A DNA stretch of 64,000 bases from an uncultured virus (IMG/VR IMGVR_UViG_3300025112_005926) (taxonomy: Duplodnaviria; Heunggongvirae; Uroviricota; Caudoviricetes): IMG/VR virus record IMGVR_UViG_3300025112_005926, one strand, 5' to 3'. Made by a program: the position numbers and the translations under genes. The notes under the pieces were generated by a model. The model worked only from the letters and a program-made list of their open reading frames with translations. It made no database searches and had not been told where the DNA came from. Below, piece by piece: positions 9,108 through 16,372 of the stretch; the first letter of the stretch is position 1; each line of letters begins with the position of its first letter.

Positions 9108-9509
9108 ATGTGGAAGAAGAAGAATAGAATACACGAAGGCAAGAATCGTTATTATAGCGTCTCAAAATCTCTGAGGCGTCAAGGAAAATCTTCTGAAGAG
9201 TTCGAAGTTATGTTAAATTCTCTAACCCTAGAGGATCTTATAGCTCTAAAGCTGGAATTGTCATCCAAATTAATGAATGGAAAGCTTTATGGTTTTCCCA
9301 TATGGGATACTTTGCCTGAGATAGCAAGAGACGCTGCGGTGAAATATGCAATTGCTAGCACGCGAACGAAACATGAAGCTCAAAGATTCATTGGTGTCAA
9401 AAAATGGAGAAAATGGATAAATATTCAGAAGAAATATGACATAAATTATTATTTTGATGAAAACGAAAAAAGTTCAAGAAAGAGCATAAAGACAGAAAAT
9501 GACAAATAA
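9108..9509 (+). CDS. Hypothetical basic protein (possible HTH-like C-terminus)
   Basis: ORF abuts the upstream stop; TKHEAQRFIGV resembles an HTH helix-turn. Confidence 0.55.
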   Translation: MWKKKNRIHEGKNRYYSVSKSLRRQGKSSEEFEVMLNSLTLEDLIALKLELSSKLMNGKLYGFPIWDTLPEIARDAAVKYAIASTRTKHEAQRFIGVKKWRKWINIQKKYDINYYFDENEKSSRKSIKTENDK

Positions 9510-9514
9510 GTTAT

Positions 9515-9543
9515 TTGACAGATGATTTAAAAAACGCTATATT
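9515..9543 (+). promoter_or_regulatory. Sigma70-type promoter upstream of the tmRNA
   Basis: TTGACA (9515-9520), 17-nt spacer, TATATT (9538-9543). Confidence 0.75.
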
Positions 9544-9691
9544 AATAAAGTAATAAAGATCTTAAGAAAGAAAAATAACTAATATTAATCAGATCTATAA
9601 TATGAGGAGGTGATTATAATAACACTATTAGATTATAGAATAGATAATACTAGTTATAACAAGCTGGCTCTGTTTGAACCAGCAACTTTAT

Positions 9692-10025
9692 GGGCCCGCC
9701 TTGGTTTCGACGGGGCGACAGAAGTGGATAGTGCAGGCAGTCGTGATGACTTTAAAAATCAAAAAAACGATAGTTGCAAATAACAACAATCATTTCGAAC
9801 TCGCCTTAGCGGCTTAATTCGTGGGGTTTTCTGGTTACCTTATTACCCAATTCCAGATAAGCAGGTGGTTCTGCCGAAAATAAAACACCCGAGTTGCTAA
9901 AGTTTGTAAAGCAATAAGAAAGTAAACAAACAAATTTTTCTGGTTTAGAAAAATCAGACAAGCCTGTGGATGACTTGAAGTGGAAATTGTTTCGGACATG
10001 GGTTCGACTCCCATCGGGTCCACCA
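9692..10025 (+). ncRNA. ssrA: tmRNA (transfer-messenger RNA), 334 nt, encoded tag ANNNNHFELALAA
   Basis: Acceptor stem GGGCCCG/CGGGTCC with the G3-U alanine determinant, then A-CCA at 10022-10025; 5' TTCGAC motif; T-arm ATGGGTTCGACTCCCAT; resume codon GCA at 9776 and tag ORF 9776-9817 ending LAA-stop. Confidence 0.97.
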
Positions 10026-10032
10026 TTTTAAA

Positions 10033-10245
10033 ATGAAAAAAGCAAAAAAGCTTCGAAGAGGGATGAGAGTTAAGCTCAAAACCGGAAAGAAGGTTATTAT
10101 CTGGGCTGATCCTCCTGCTACAATTGGAAACAAAAATACAACGATGCCACACGGCCCAATCGTGCTAGAAGGGTATGTTTATGTCATTTCTCCAAATCAT
10201 CCAAATAAAGTTTTGATGGAGAAAATCGATGACTTGATCTATTGA
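10033..10245 (+). CDS. Small basic hypothetical protein
   Basis: 70-aa ORF directly after the tmRNA; beta-rich, possibly SH3/KOW-like pattern (GMRVKLKTGKKV). Confidence 0.55.
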   Translation: MKKAKKLRRGMRVKLKTGKKVIIWADPPATIGNKNTTMPHGPIVLEGYVYVISPNHPNKVLMEKIDDLIY

Positions 10246-10253
10246 CTACTTAT
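10245..10253 (+). promoter_or_regulatory. Candidate late promoter variant ACTACTTAT driving a small RNA
   Basis: One mismatch to ACTATTTAT; ends 5 nt before the first base of the 19-bp stem at 10259. Confidence 0.45.
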
Positions 10254-10258
10254 GGATA

Positions 10259-10326
10259 GACAGGCTGGGATAGGTATGCCGGGGGGCTCTCCTTGTTCTG
10301 CGAGGAAATACCTATCTCAGTCTGTC
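10259..10326 (+). ncRNA. Candidate small structured non-coding RNA (about 68 nt)
   Basis: 19-bp closing stem 10259-10277/10308-10326 (17 Watson-Crick + 2 G-U); unpaired GCCGGGGGGCTC; inner hairpin TCCTTG-TTCTG-CGAGGA; fills an intergenic gap. Confidence 0.55.
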
Positions 10327-10343
10327 GTTTTAATCTTGTGATC

Positions 10344-10352
10344 ACTATTTAT
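10344..10352 (+). promoter_or_regulatory. Candidate late promoter ACTATTTAT
   Basis: Exact intergenic motif 7 nt before the ATG at 10360, with no SD sequence (possible leaderless mRNA). Confidence 0.55.
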
Positions 10353-10359
10353 TATCAGC

Positions 10360-10632
10360 ATGACAAAATACATGGACATGGCGATGAAAGTTGCTTCTTT
10401 TTCAGTTATTCCTCTTCTTGTTTGGGTTATCAGCCTAGAAGTTGCCAACGCGGAAAGAGATTTTCAGTTGCAAGTTCTTTATCAACGAGTAGAAAGTCTT
10501 GAGAAAGTGAACGCAACAGTTCAGGAATATGCAGTTCGTCTCGGGCAAGTTGATCAGAAGCTAGAGTCAATGGAAGATACAGTTGATGAAATCCGGCAAG
10601 ATATCAAAGATCTTCTCAGGAGAGAAGAGTGA
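10360..10632 (+). CDS. Small single-TM coiled-coil protein
   Basis: N-terminal hydrophobic helix (VASFSVIPLLVWVISL) followed by heptad-like coiled coil. Confidence 0.65.
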   Translation: MTKYMDMAMKVASFSVIPLLVWVISLEVANAERDFQLQVLYQRVESLEKVNATVQEYAVRLGQVDQKLESMEDTVDEIRQDIKDLLRREE

Positions 10633-10970
10633 TGAAAACGGAAATAGGGCTGACGGTTATTGCGACACTTCTTGTTGCTGCTGCCCCGATGACATGTTCG
10701 CCTCCACAGCCAACCCCTGCTGTTGTGGCTACTCAGCAATCACAACTAGAAGATGATGAAGCAGAGGTTGGCGAGACAGGATCGGTGGCTGATCTTGAAG
10801 ATAAAGGATGTGACGATGCGATAGATTCCATACAAGAGCAGTCAACAAGGATAGACGAAGGCATGTCCGAGATTCAAAAAGATATTGAAGAACTTAAGAA
10901 AAGAAAAAAGATAAAAAAGACAAAGACGATAACTAAAAAAAAAATAAAGAAGAAAGTTATTGACAAGTAA
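10632..10970 (+). CDS. Small exported/membrane protein with signal-like N-terminus, coiled coil and poly-Lys tail
   Basis: MKTEIGLTVIATLLVAAAPMTC; TGATG overlap with the upstream stop. Confidence 0.6.
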   Translation: MKTEIGLTVIATLLVAAAPMTCSPPQPTPAVVATQQSQLEDDEAEVGETGSVADLEDKGCDDAIDSIQEQSTRIDEGMSEIQKDIEELKKRKKIKKTKTITKKKIKKKVIDK

Positions 10971-10988
10971 GTTTTAAAGTGTTATATT
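10960..10988 (+). promoter_or_regulatory. Sigma70-type promoter (extended -10)
   Basis: TTGACA (10960-10965), 17-nt spacer ending TGT, TATATT (10983-10988). Confidence 0.75.
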
Positions 10989-11006
10989 CTAAGAAAGGAG
11001 AAAGGA

Positions 11007-11186
11007 ATGAATCTTTTAGAACAAATTAGAGAACTAGTCGCGTTAACCGAAGAAGACTATGATAAGTTTTATGGCAAGGGAAACGCAGCAGCGGGTACCC
11101 GCGTACGCAAGAATATGCAAGAGCTAAAGTCTCTTGCTCAGGAGCTTCGTCTGGATGTTCAAAAAACTAAGAATTCAGATAAGTAG
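11007..11186 (+). CDS. Histone H1-like (Hc1-family) small protein, 59 aa; not in the ORF track
   Basis: MNLLEQIRELVALTEEDYDKFYGKGNAAAGTRVRKNMQELKSLAQELRLDVQKTKNSDK carries the KF..KGN.AAGTR.RK..QELK family signature; AAGGAG RBS and its own promoter. Confidence 0.85.
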   Translation: MNLLEQIRELVALTEEDYDKFYGKGNAAAGTRVRKNMQELKSLAQELRLDVQKTKNSDK

Positions 11187-11201
11187 TTTGAGGTTTGCTA
11201 G

Positions 11202-11210
11202 ACTATTTAT
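11202..11210 (+). promoter_or_regulatory. Candidate late promoter ACTATTTAT
   Basis: Exact intergenic motif 30 nt before the ATG at 11241. Confidence 0.55.
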
Positions 11211-11240
11211 GAGTATGAATGCCTTGGGGGGTAAAATTAA

Positions 11241-11420
11241 ATGTTTAGCAAGCTCAAGAAGCTCGGCGCGAGCTACATCGCGTTTGGACTCGGTACCATC
11301 TTTGGCTCCATCATCGCCTCGGTGGTGGGTACGATGATATATCAGGTTGTCAACGGTAACGAAGACGCAGCAAAAATATTACAAATTACAGAATGTTTAG
11401 AAGAGAGGGCGGAAAAATAA
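11241..11420 (+). CDS. Small single-TM protein, 59 aa; not in the ORF track
   Basis: MFSKLKKLGASYIAFGLGTIFGSIIASVVGTMIYQVVNGNEDAAKILQITECLEERAEK; GGGGGG RBS-like tract upstream; promoter motif and terminator flank it. Confidence 0.65.
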   Translation: MFSKLKKLGASYIAFGLGTIFGSIIASVVGTMIYQVVNGNEDAAKILQITECLEERAEK

Positions 11421-11502
11421 CTACCCCCCCTAAGTCCGTTGGCTGGGCTGGGTTAGCCTAAAACCATTGGTGACCCGAATTGGCCCCTTCGCCCTCTCTT
11501 CT
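11399..11502 (+). other. Structured RNA element overlapping the stop codon and 3' UTR of the small TM gene
   Basis: 15-bp stem AGAAGAGAGGGCGGA (11399-11413)/TTCGCCCTCTCTTCT (11488-11502) enclosing a C7 tract and an inner GGGTTA/TGACCC hairpin. Confidence 0.5.
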
Positions 11503-11507
11503 TCTTT

Positions 11508-11540
11508 GAAACCCATCGCTCGTCGGTGGGTTTCTTTTTT
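11508..11540 (+). terminator. Rho-independent terminator
   Basis: 11-bp stem GAAACCCATCG/CGGTGGGTTTC with CTCGT loop, followed by T6. Confidence 0.85.
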
Positions 11541-11545
11541 CTGGA

Positions 11546-11554
11546 ACTATTTAT
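11546..11554 (+). promoter_or_regulatory. Candidate late promoter ACTATTTAT
   Basis: Exact motif just after the terminator, 35 nt before the phoH start. Confidence 0.6.
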
Positions 11555-11589
11555 TGGTGAGGGTCAATGGGTCGCAGAAAGGAAAGTAA

Positions 11590-12945
11590 ATGAAGAAAAT
11601 TTATGTTTTGGACACCAGTGTCTGCTTGTCTGATGCGAACTGTATCTTTGACTACGACAATAACGACATTGTTATTCCTCTCAAGGTATTGGAGGAGATC
11701 GACGGGCACAAGAAGCGACAGGATACTGTCGGCTCAACCGCCAGAAGGATAATCCGCAACTTTGATGAGTTGCGAACGAAGGGCTCTTTGCAAAAGGGCG
11801 TGAGGATTGCAAAAGGCAAAGGCATCTTAAAGGTTTCTCCTCACGGAGTTTCAAGTTTGCCTGATGATTTAGATTGCGAGCACAATGATCACATTATTAT
11901 TTCTACTGCTCTCGCAGAAAAAGCGGCTCACGAAAAAAGAAAAGTTATTCTTGTAAGTCGCGACATCAACATGCGAGTCATCGCCGACTCCATCGGAATT
12001 CTGTCTGAGGATTACAACAAGAATCAGGCGATACGAAAGGAAAGCGAACTGTATTCCGGTTTTGCCGAGTATCTTGTTGATGAACAAATGGTTGATCAGT
12101 TCTATGCCGGAGAAAGCGTTTACATCGAGAAAGAAGATAAAGCCGGCTTGCTGGCAAATCAGTTCATTATGCTCGTTTCTACCGGCAACGAGAAAAAAAC
12201 TGCTCTCTGTCGTTTTATGGCATACGGCATACCACTGCGGAAGGTTCGGGAACATAAGCAGGGTTTGTGGGGAGTGAGGGCGAGAAATAAAGAGCAAGCA
12301 TTTGCCCTAGACCTTCTGTTGGATCCAAAAGTTCAGATCGTATCTCTCGTTGGCAAGGCTGGCTCGGGAAAGACTCTCTTGGCTATTGCAGCGGGCTTAG
12401 AACAGGTTATAAACAACCAAACGACAATGAGTGTGGCTATGAGCAAGAATGTGCCCGTAGAGGGCATTTACAAGCGATTGGTGGTATCTCGCCCCATTCA
12501 GCCTATGGGAAAAGACATCGGCTTTCTTCCTGGCGATGTGGAAGATAAAATGAAGCCATGGCTCGCTCCGATTGAGGATAACCTCAAGTTCCTTACGGGA
12601 AATAACAACTCTACGCTAGAAATGTATATGGAGAAGGGAATTATTGAAATGGAAGCGCTTACTTACATTCGAGGGCGCTCCATCGCCAATGCTTTTATTA
12701 TCATCGACGAGGCTCAGAACCTTTCGCGTCACGAGGTGAAAACTATTCTTACCCGGGCTGGCGAAGGGACAAAAATTGTCCTCACTGGAGATATCGAACA
12801 GATAGACAACATCTACATCAACGAGACATCAACGGGTTTGGTTCACGCCGTTGAGAGGCTCAAAAAGTTCAACATCGCTGGGCATGTTACGCTACGCAAG
12901 GGTGAGAGATCTAAGCTAGCAACTGTAGCAGCAAAAAATTTATAA
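11590..12945 (+). CDS. phoH: PIN-domain + PhoH-family ATPase (PhoH2/YlaK type)
   Basis: N-terminal PIN (YVLDTSV...EEID...ND..I...SRDINMR); Walker A GKAGSGKT; GFLPG, YIRGRS, IIDEAQN, GDIEQID. Confidence 0.92.
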   Translation: MKKIYVLDTSVCLSDANCIFDYDNNDIVIPLKVLEEIDGHKKRQDTVGSTARRIIRNFDELRTKGSLQKGVRIAKGKGILKVSPHGVSSLPDDLDCEHNDHIIISTALAEKAAHEKRKVILVSRDINMRVIADSIGILSEDYNKNQAIRKESELYSGFAEYLVDEQMVDQFYAGESVYIEKEDKAGLLANQFIMLVSTGNEKKTALCRFMAYGIPLRKVREHKQGLWGVRARNKEQAFALDLLLDPKVQIVSLVGKAGSGKTLLAIAAGLEQVINNQTTMSVAMSKNVPVEGIYKRLVVSRPIQPMGKDIGFLPGDVEDKMKPWLAPIEDNLKFLTGNNNSTLEMYMEKGIIEMEALTYIRGRSIANAFIIIDEAQNLSRHEVKTILTRAGEGTKIVLTGDIEQIDNIYINETSTGLVHAVERLKKFNIAGHVTLRKGERSKLATVAAKNL

Positions 12946-12952
12946 TTAATAC

Positions 12953-12981
12953 TTGACTTTAATAATAATATGGGTTATAAT
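12953..12981 (+). promoter_or_regulatory. Sigma70-type promoter heading the nuclease/glycan gene run
   Basis: TTGACT (12953-12958), 17-nt spacer, TATAAT (12976-12981). Confidence 0.8.
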
Positions 12982-12999
12982 TGTATTATGGAGAATAAA

Positions 13000-13314
13000 A
13001 TGAATACTGAAAATACAACTTTAAAAGAAATAGTTAACACAGATAACCCAATGAAACAATGGTTGGTTAATTATGTCGGAGAGACTTATAACGAAGCAGT
13101 GGAGAAACAAAACGCTGATGACTCTCAAGAAGAAAATATAGAATGGGGAGGAGATGTAACTGTGGAAATGATTGTTGAAATTATGTCAATTGAGTTTCCG
13201 GAATTCGTTATGTCTCTTGCAGAAGAGAATTTCATTAGAGGATATCATCAAGCACTAAGTGATGTTGGAGAAGGTGATCGCCTTCTCCGAGAGGCAGCGG
13301 AGAATGAAGAATAA
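13000..13314 (+). CDS. Hypothetical acidic protein
   Basis: Start moved to ATG 13000 (GGAG RBS, downstream of the promoter); EFPEF...AEENFIRGY.QAL.D motif. Confidence 0.7.
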   Translation: MNTENTTLKEIVNTDNPMKQWLVNYVGETYNEAVEKQNADDSQEENIEWGGDVTVEMIVEIMSIEFPEFVMSLAEENFIRGYHQALSDVGEGDRLLREAAENEE

Positions 13315-14011
13315 AGAACATCTAGTAGAAACCATCTCATATCTGAATGATAAATCAAAGAGACAAAGAAAAGAGTATAGTTTAAATCATATACATGTTT
13401 TCATTAAAGATGAGATAATTTCAGAGGTTTCAATACAAGATGTTCTAGATGATTTACAAAACAACCTACCCAGTCATCTCATGATAGAGATTGATGCCAT
13501 ATATGTTGGCAAATTTGATATCTTCCAAGAGAGGGGTGTTAATGCAATATACCAAGATGGCGCAATCTATGTATCAAATGTTCAAAACGATACCAAAGAC
13601 ATGGTAGAAGACATAGTTCATGAGATCGCTCATGCTGTGGAGCATCAACATGGTCAATACATATATGCAGATCAAAGATTGTCTGATGAATTTTTAGGAA
13701 AAAGAAAAAGATTGTATTCTCTCTTAAAAGCTCATGGGCATGATATATCTTTTGAACTATTTAAAGACACAGAATATAATGAATATTTTGATGAAAAACT
13801 CTATAAAGACATAGGATATTCTAAATTGTCAGAATTGACAAAGGGTCTATTCAATACTCCATACGCCGCAACATCGTTACAAGAATATTTTGCAACGGGA
13901 TTTGAAGACTATTTTACGAATCCAGAATTAAAAAAATACTTGACAAAAGTCTCTCCAGTGTTATATTATAAGATAAGAACCCTAGAGAAAGGAGATGAAG
14001 ATGAATATTGA
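13304..14011 (+). CDS. Putative zinc metallopeptidase (gluzincin-like)
   Basis: IVHEIAHAVE with distal EYFATGFE; ATG at 13304. Confidence 0.7.
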   Translation: MKNKEHLVETISYLNDKSKRQRKEYSLNHIHVFIKDEIISEVSIQDVLDDLQNNLPSHLMIEIDAIYVGKFDIFQERGVNAIYQDGAIYVSNVQNDTKDMVEDIVHEIAHAVEHQHGQYIYADQRLSDEFLGKRKRLYSLLKAHGHDISFELFKDTEYNEYFDEKLYKDIGYSKLSELTKGLFNTPYAATSLQEYFATGFEDYFTNPELKKYLTKVSPVLYYKIRTLEKGDEDEY

Positions 14012-14315
14012 CCTTAAAGATTTAGTTATTAATATTAATAAAGAAGATGATACCCTAGAGGTAACAGCATCATATCCACTATTTGATGATGAGAAATATC
14101 CTCATCGGAGGAATATATCTCCGGCTGAAATTTCTCATTTCTTGCGCCTTAAGGGTTATAGAATCGGCTCTTGCCGATCTAATAATGTGTCGTTGAACAA
14201 TTGTGTATTAGGAGGAAACGAAAAAACTTGGATCTTCCCTTATAGACCAGAGACGAAGACATCGAAGCTGCCAAAGAAGACAGTTGGCAGAAAAACAAAA
14301 ACCAAGAAAAGCTGA
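14001..14315 (+). CDS. Hypothetical protein
   Basis: ORF with GGAG RBS, overlapping its neighbours; basic C-terminal tail. Confidence 0.6.
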   Translation: MNIDLKDLVININKEDDTLEVTASYPLFDDEKYPHRRNISPAEISHFLRLKGYRIGSCRSNNVSLNNCVLGGNEKTWIFPYRPETKTSKLPKKTVGRKTKTKKS

Positions 14316-14325
14316 GAGGCATAGG

Positions 14326-15090
14326 TTGTCACATATATCTTTTTCAGAACTTAAGCTCTGGGAACAATGTGCATATTATCACAAATTAATTAAGATTGAC
14401 AAGCTTAAGGGTTTCGTCGGCAATGAATTCACTGCGTTTGGAAATGCAGTGCATAATGTTTGTGAGAATATTTTATTAAAGACACACAGGAATCCTGAAG
14501 AAGTTTTTCTATCCAGTTTCATCAAAATTATTGATGGGTTGACAGAAGATGGTATACCGATGGATCAAAAGCTGATTGATGACATGGGAGAACAAGCTTT
14601 AAGCCTTCTTCCGGAGATTCAAGGTGCTTTGGATTTATACTTCGAAGATTACAAGGTAATCAGCGCTGAAGAAAATCTAATGGTACCAACAGATGAAGAG
14701 GGATATATGTTCAAGGGCTTCATCGATGGCGTTGTGAAAACTTCTGATGGCAAATATCACATATTTGACTGGAAGACTTGCTCGTGGGGCTGGGATTCAC
14801 GACGAAAATCAGATCCTATGACAACTTATCAGTTGACGCTATATAAGCATTTTTATGCTAAGAAGCATGGTATTGACCCAAACAATATCGAAACTCACTT
14901 TGCTCTTTTGAAGAGAACAGCAAAAAAGAACAAAGTTGAATTTTTTAGAGTCACTAGTGGTAAGCTAAAGACGAAAAGGGCTTTGAAACTTTTGACCACA
15001 GCTATCAAAAATATAAAGTCTAAAAATTACATCAAGAATCGATTATCTTGCCGAAGATGCGAATTCTATAAAACAGAACACTGCCCGTAA
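14326..15090 (+). CDS. PD-(D/E)xK nuclease, Cas4/AddB-like with probable Fe-S cysteines
   Basis: HISFSEL..W.QC, FG..VH, GFIDGV...IFDWKT, QLTLY, C-terminal CRRCEF....CP; TTG start at 14326 after GAGAGG. Confidence 0.85.
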   Translation: MSHISFSELKLWEQCAYYHKLIKIDKLKGFVGNEFTAFGNAVHNVCENILLKTHRNPEEVFLSSFIKIIDGLTEDGIPMDQKLIDDMGEQALSLLPEIQGALDLYFEDYKVISAEENLMVPTDEEGYMFKGFIDGVVKTSDGKYHIFDWKTCSWGWDSRRKSDPMTTYQLTLYKHFYAKKHGIDPNNIETHFALLKRTAKKNKVEFFRVTSGKLKTKRALKLLTTAIKNIKSKNYIKNRLSCRRCEFYKTEHCP

Positions 15091-15100
15091 GGAAAAATTA

Positions 15101-16372
15101 ATGAATAAGAAAATTAAAATATTGATGATATCAGATCACCCGCTATCTCCTTCCGGAGTCGGAACCCAAACAAAATATGTGTGCGAAGCCCTTCTTAAGA
15201 CAGGTAGATATCAAATTTTGTGTTTGGGCGGGGCAATAAAGCACAATGATTATAAACCGGTTCATGTAGAGCCTTATGGAGAAGATTTCGTCATTATGCC
15301 AGTTGATGGATATGGAACTCATCAAATTATACGCTCTGTTCTATCGACTAAAAGACCAGACATTCTTTGGTTTATGACTGATCCACGATTCTATGGTTGG
15401 CTGTGGGAAATAGAAGATGAAATCCGGGCACACATTCCAATGGTTTATTATCATGTTTGGGATAATTATCCTTTTCCATTGTATAATAAGAACTTTTATG
15501 ATTCGAATGATGTAATTGCCTCCATTTCAAAAGTCACTTATGATATTGTAAGCAATGTCGCTCCAGATGTTGAAAATCACTATATCCCACACGCCGTTAA
15601 TGGTGATATATTTAAGAAAATAACTGAAGAGCAAAAAAGGGAATTTTACAAAGATGCCTCACCCTTTCCGGAAGACGATCTAGATAAAAAATTTATTTTC
15701 TTTTGGAATAACAGAAATGCTCGAAGAAAACAATCCGGAACATTGTTGTATTGGTTTAAAGAATTTTTAGATGATGTTGGTCACGACAAAGCCAGACTAA
15801 TAATGCATACAGAGCCCAACGATCCTAATGGTCAGCCCTTGGTATATATTATGGAAAATTTGGGCTTGGTAGATGGGCAAGTAATATTATCCAAAGAAAA
15901 GATCCCTCCGGAAATTCTTTCTTGTATGTATAATATATCCGACTGCACAATTAATATTTCAGATGCGGAGGGCTTCGGGCTGGCAACTCTCGAATCACTT
16001 TCGTGTGAAACCCCAATTATTGTAACGATGACCGGTGGCTTGCAGGAACAAGTAACGGATGGAAAAGAATGGTTTGGCATCGGCATCGATCCGTCTTCTA
16101 AATCGATTATAGGCTCTCAACAGGTGCCTTATATCTATGAAGATAGAATCAGCAAAGAAGATTTTATTGCAGCGCTTAAGAAGATGATGAATATGTCAAA
16201 AGAAGAAAGAGAAGAACTAGGGCGAAAGGGCTCCGAACATGTTCGCAAGAATTACAATTTTGAAGATTTTGGAAAGAAATGGGTTGAATTGATGGATAGT
16301 GTGCATGAAAATTATGGTTCTTGGGAGAGAAGAAAGGGCTATAAGACATGGAATTTTGAGGAGATCGCATGA
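15101..16372 (+). CDS. Glycosyltransferase, GT-B/GT4-like
   Basis: SDHPLSPSGVG, NRNARRKQ, EGFGLATLESLSC. Confidence 0.9.
   Translation: MNKKIKILMISDHPLSPSGVGTQTKYVCEALLKTGRYQILCLGGAIKHNDYKPVHVEPYGEDFVIMPVDGYGTHQIIRSVLSTKRPDILWFMTDPRFYGWLWEIEDEIRAHIPMVYYHVWDNYPFPLYNKNFYDSNDVIASISKVTYDIVSNVAPDVENHYIPHAVNGDIFKKITEEQKREFYKDASPFPEDDLDKKFIFFWNNRNARRKQSGTLLYWFKEFLDDVGHDKARLIMHTEPNDPNGQPLVYIMENLGLVDGQVILSKEKIPPEILSCMYNISDCTINISDAEGFGLATLESLSCETPIIVTMTGGLQEQVTDGKEWFGIGIDPSSKSIIGSQQVPYIYEDRISKEDFIAALKKMMNMSKEEREELGRKGSEHVRKNYNFEDFGKKWVELMDSVHENYGSWERRKGYKTWNFEEIA

Noticed and set aside
9990..10025. Stand-alone tRNA gene or integration site
   Set aside because: The T-arm and CCA pair with 9692-9698 and enclose a tag ORF, so this is the tmRNA 3' end. 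No anticodon arm, integrase or duplicated att copy was seen.
9835..10152. 105-aa minus-strand ORF
   Set aside because: Antisense to the tmRNA and the following gene.
10293..10502. 69-aa ORF in the track
   Set aside because: It starts inside the RNA hairpin and overlaps the TM coiled-coil gene out of frame.
11134..11337. 67-aa ORF in the track
   Set aside because: It overlaps two better-supported 59-aa genes (11007-11186, 11241-11420) and spans the promoter motif between them.
11399..11540. Cobalamin or other known riboswitch upstream of phoH
   Set aside because: No B12-box or other aptamer consensus was recognised, and phoH has its own promoter-like motif downstream of the terminator.
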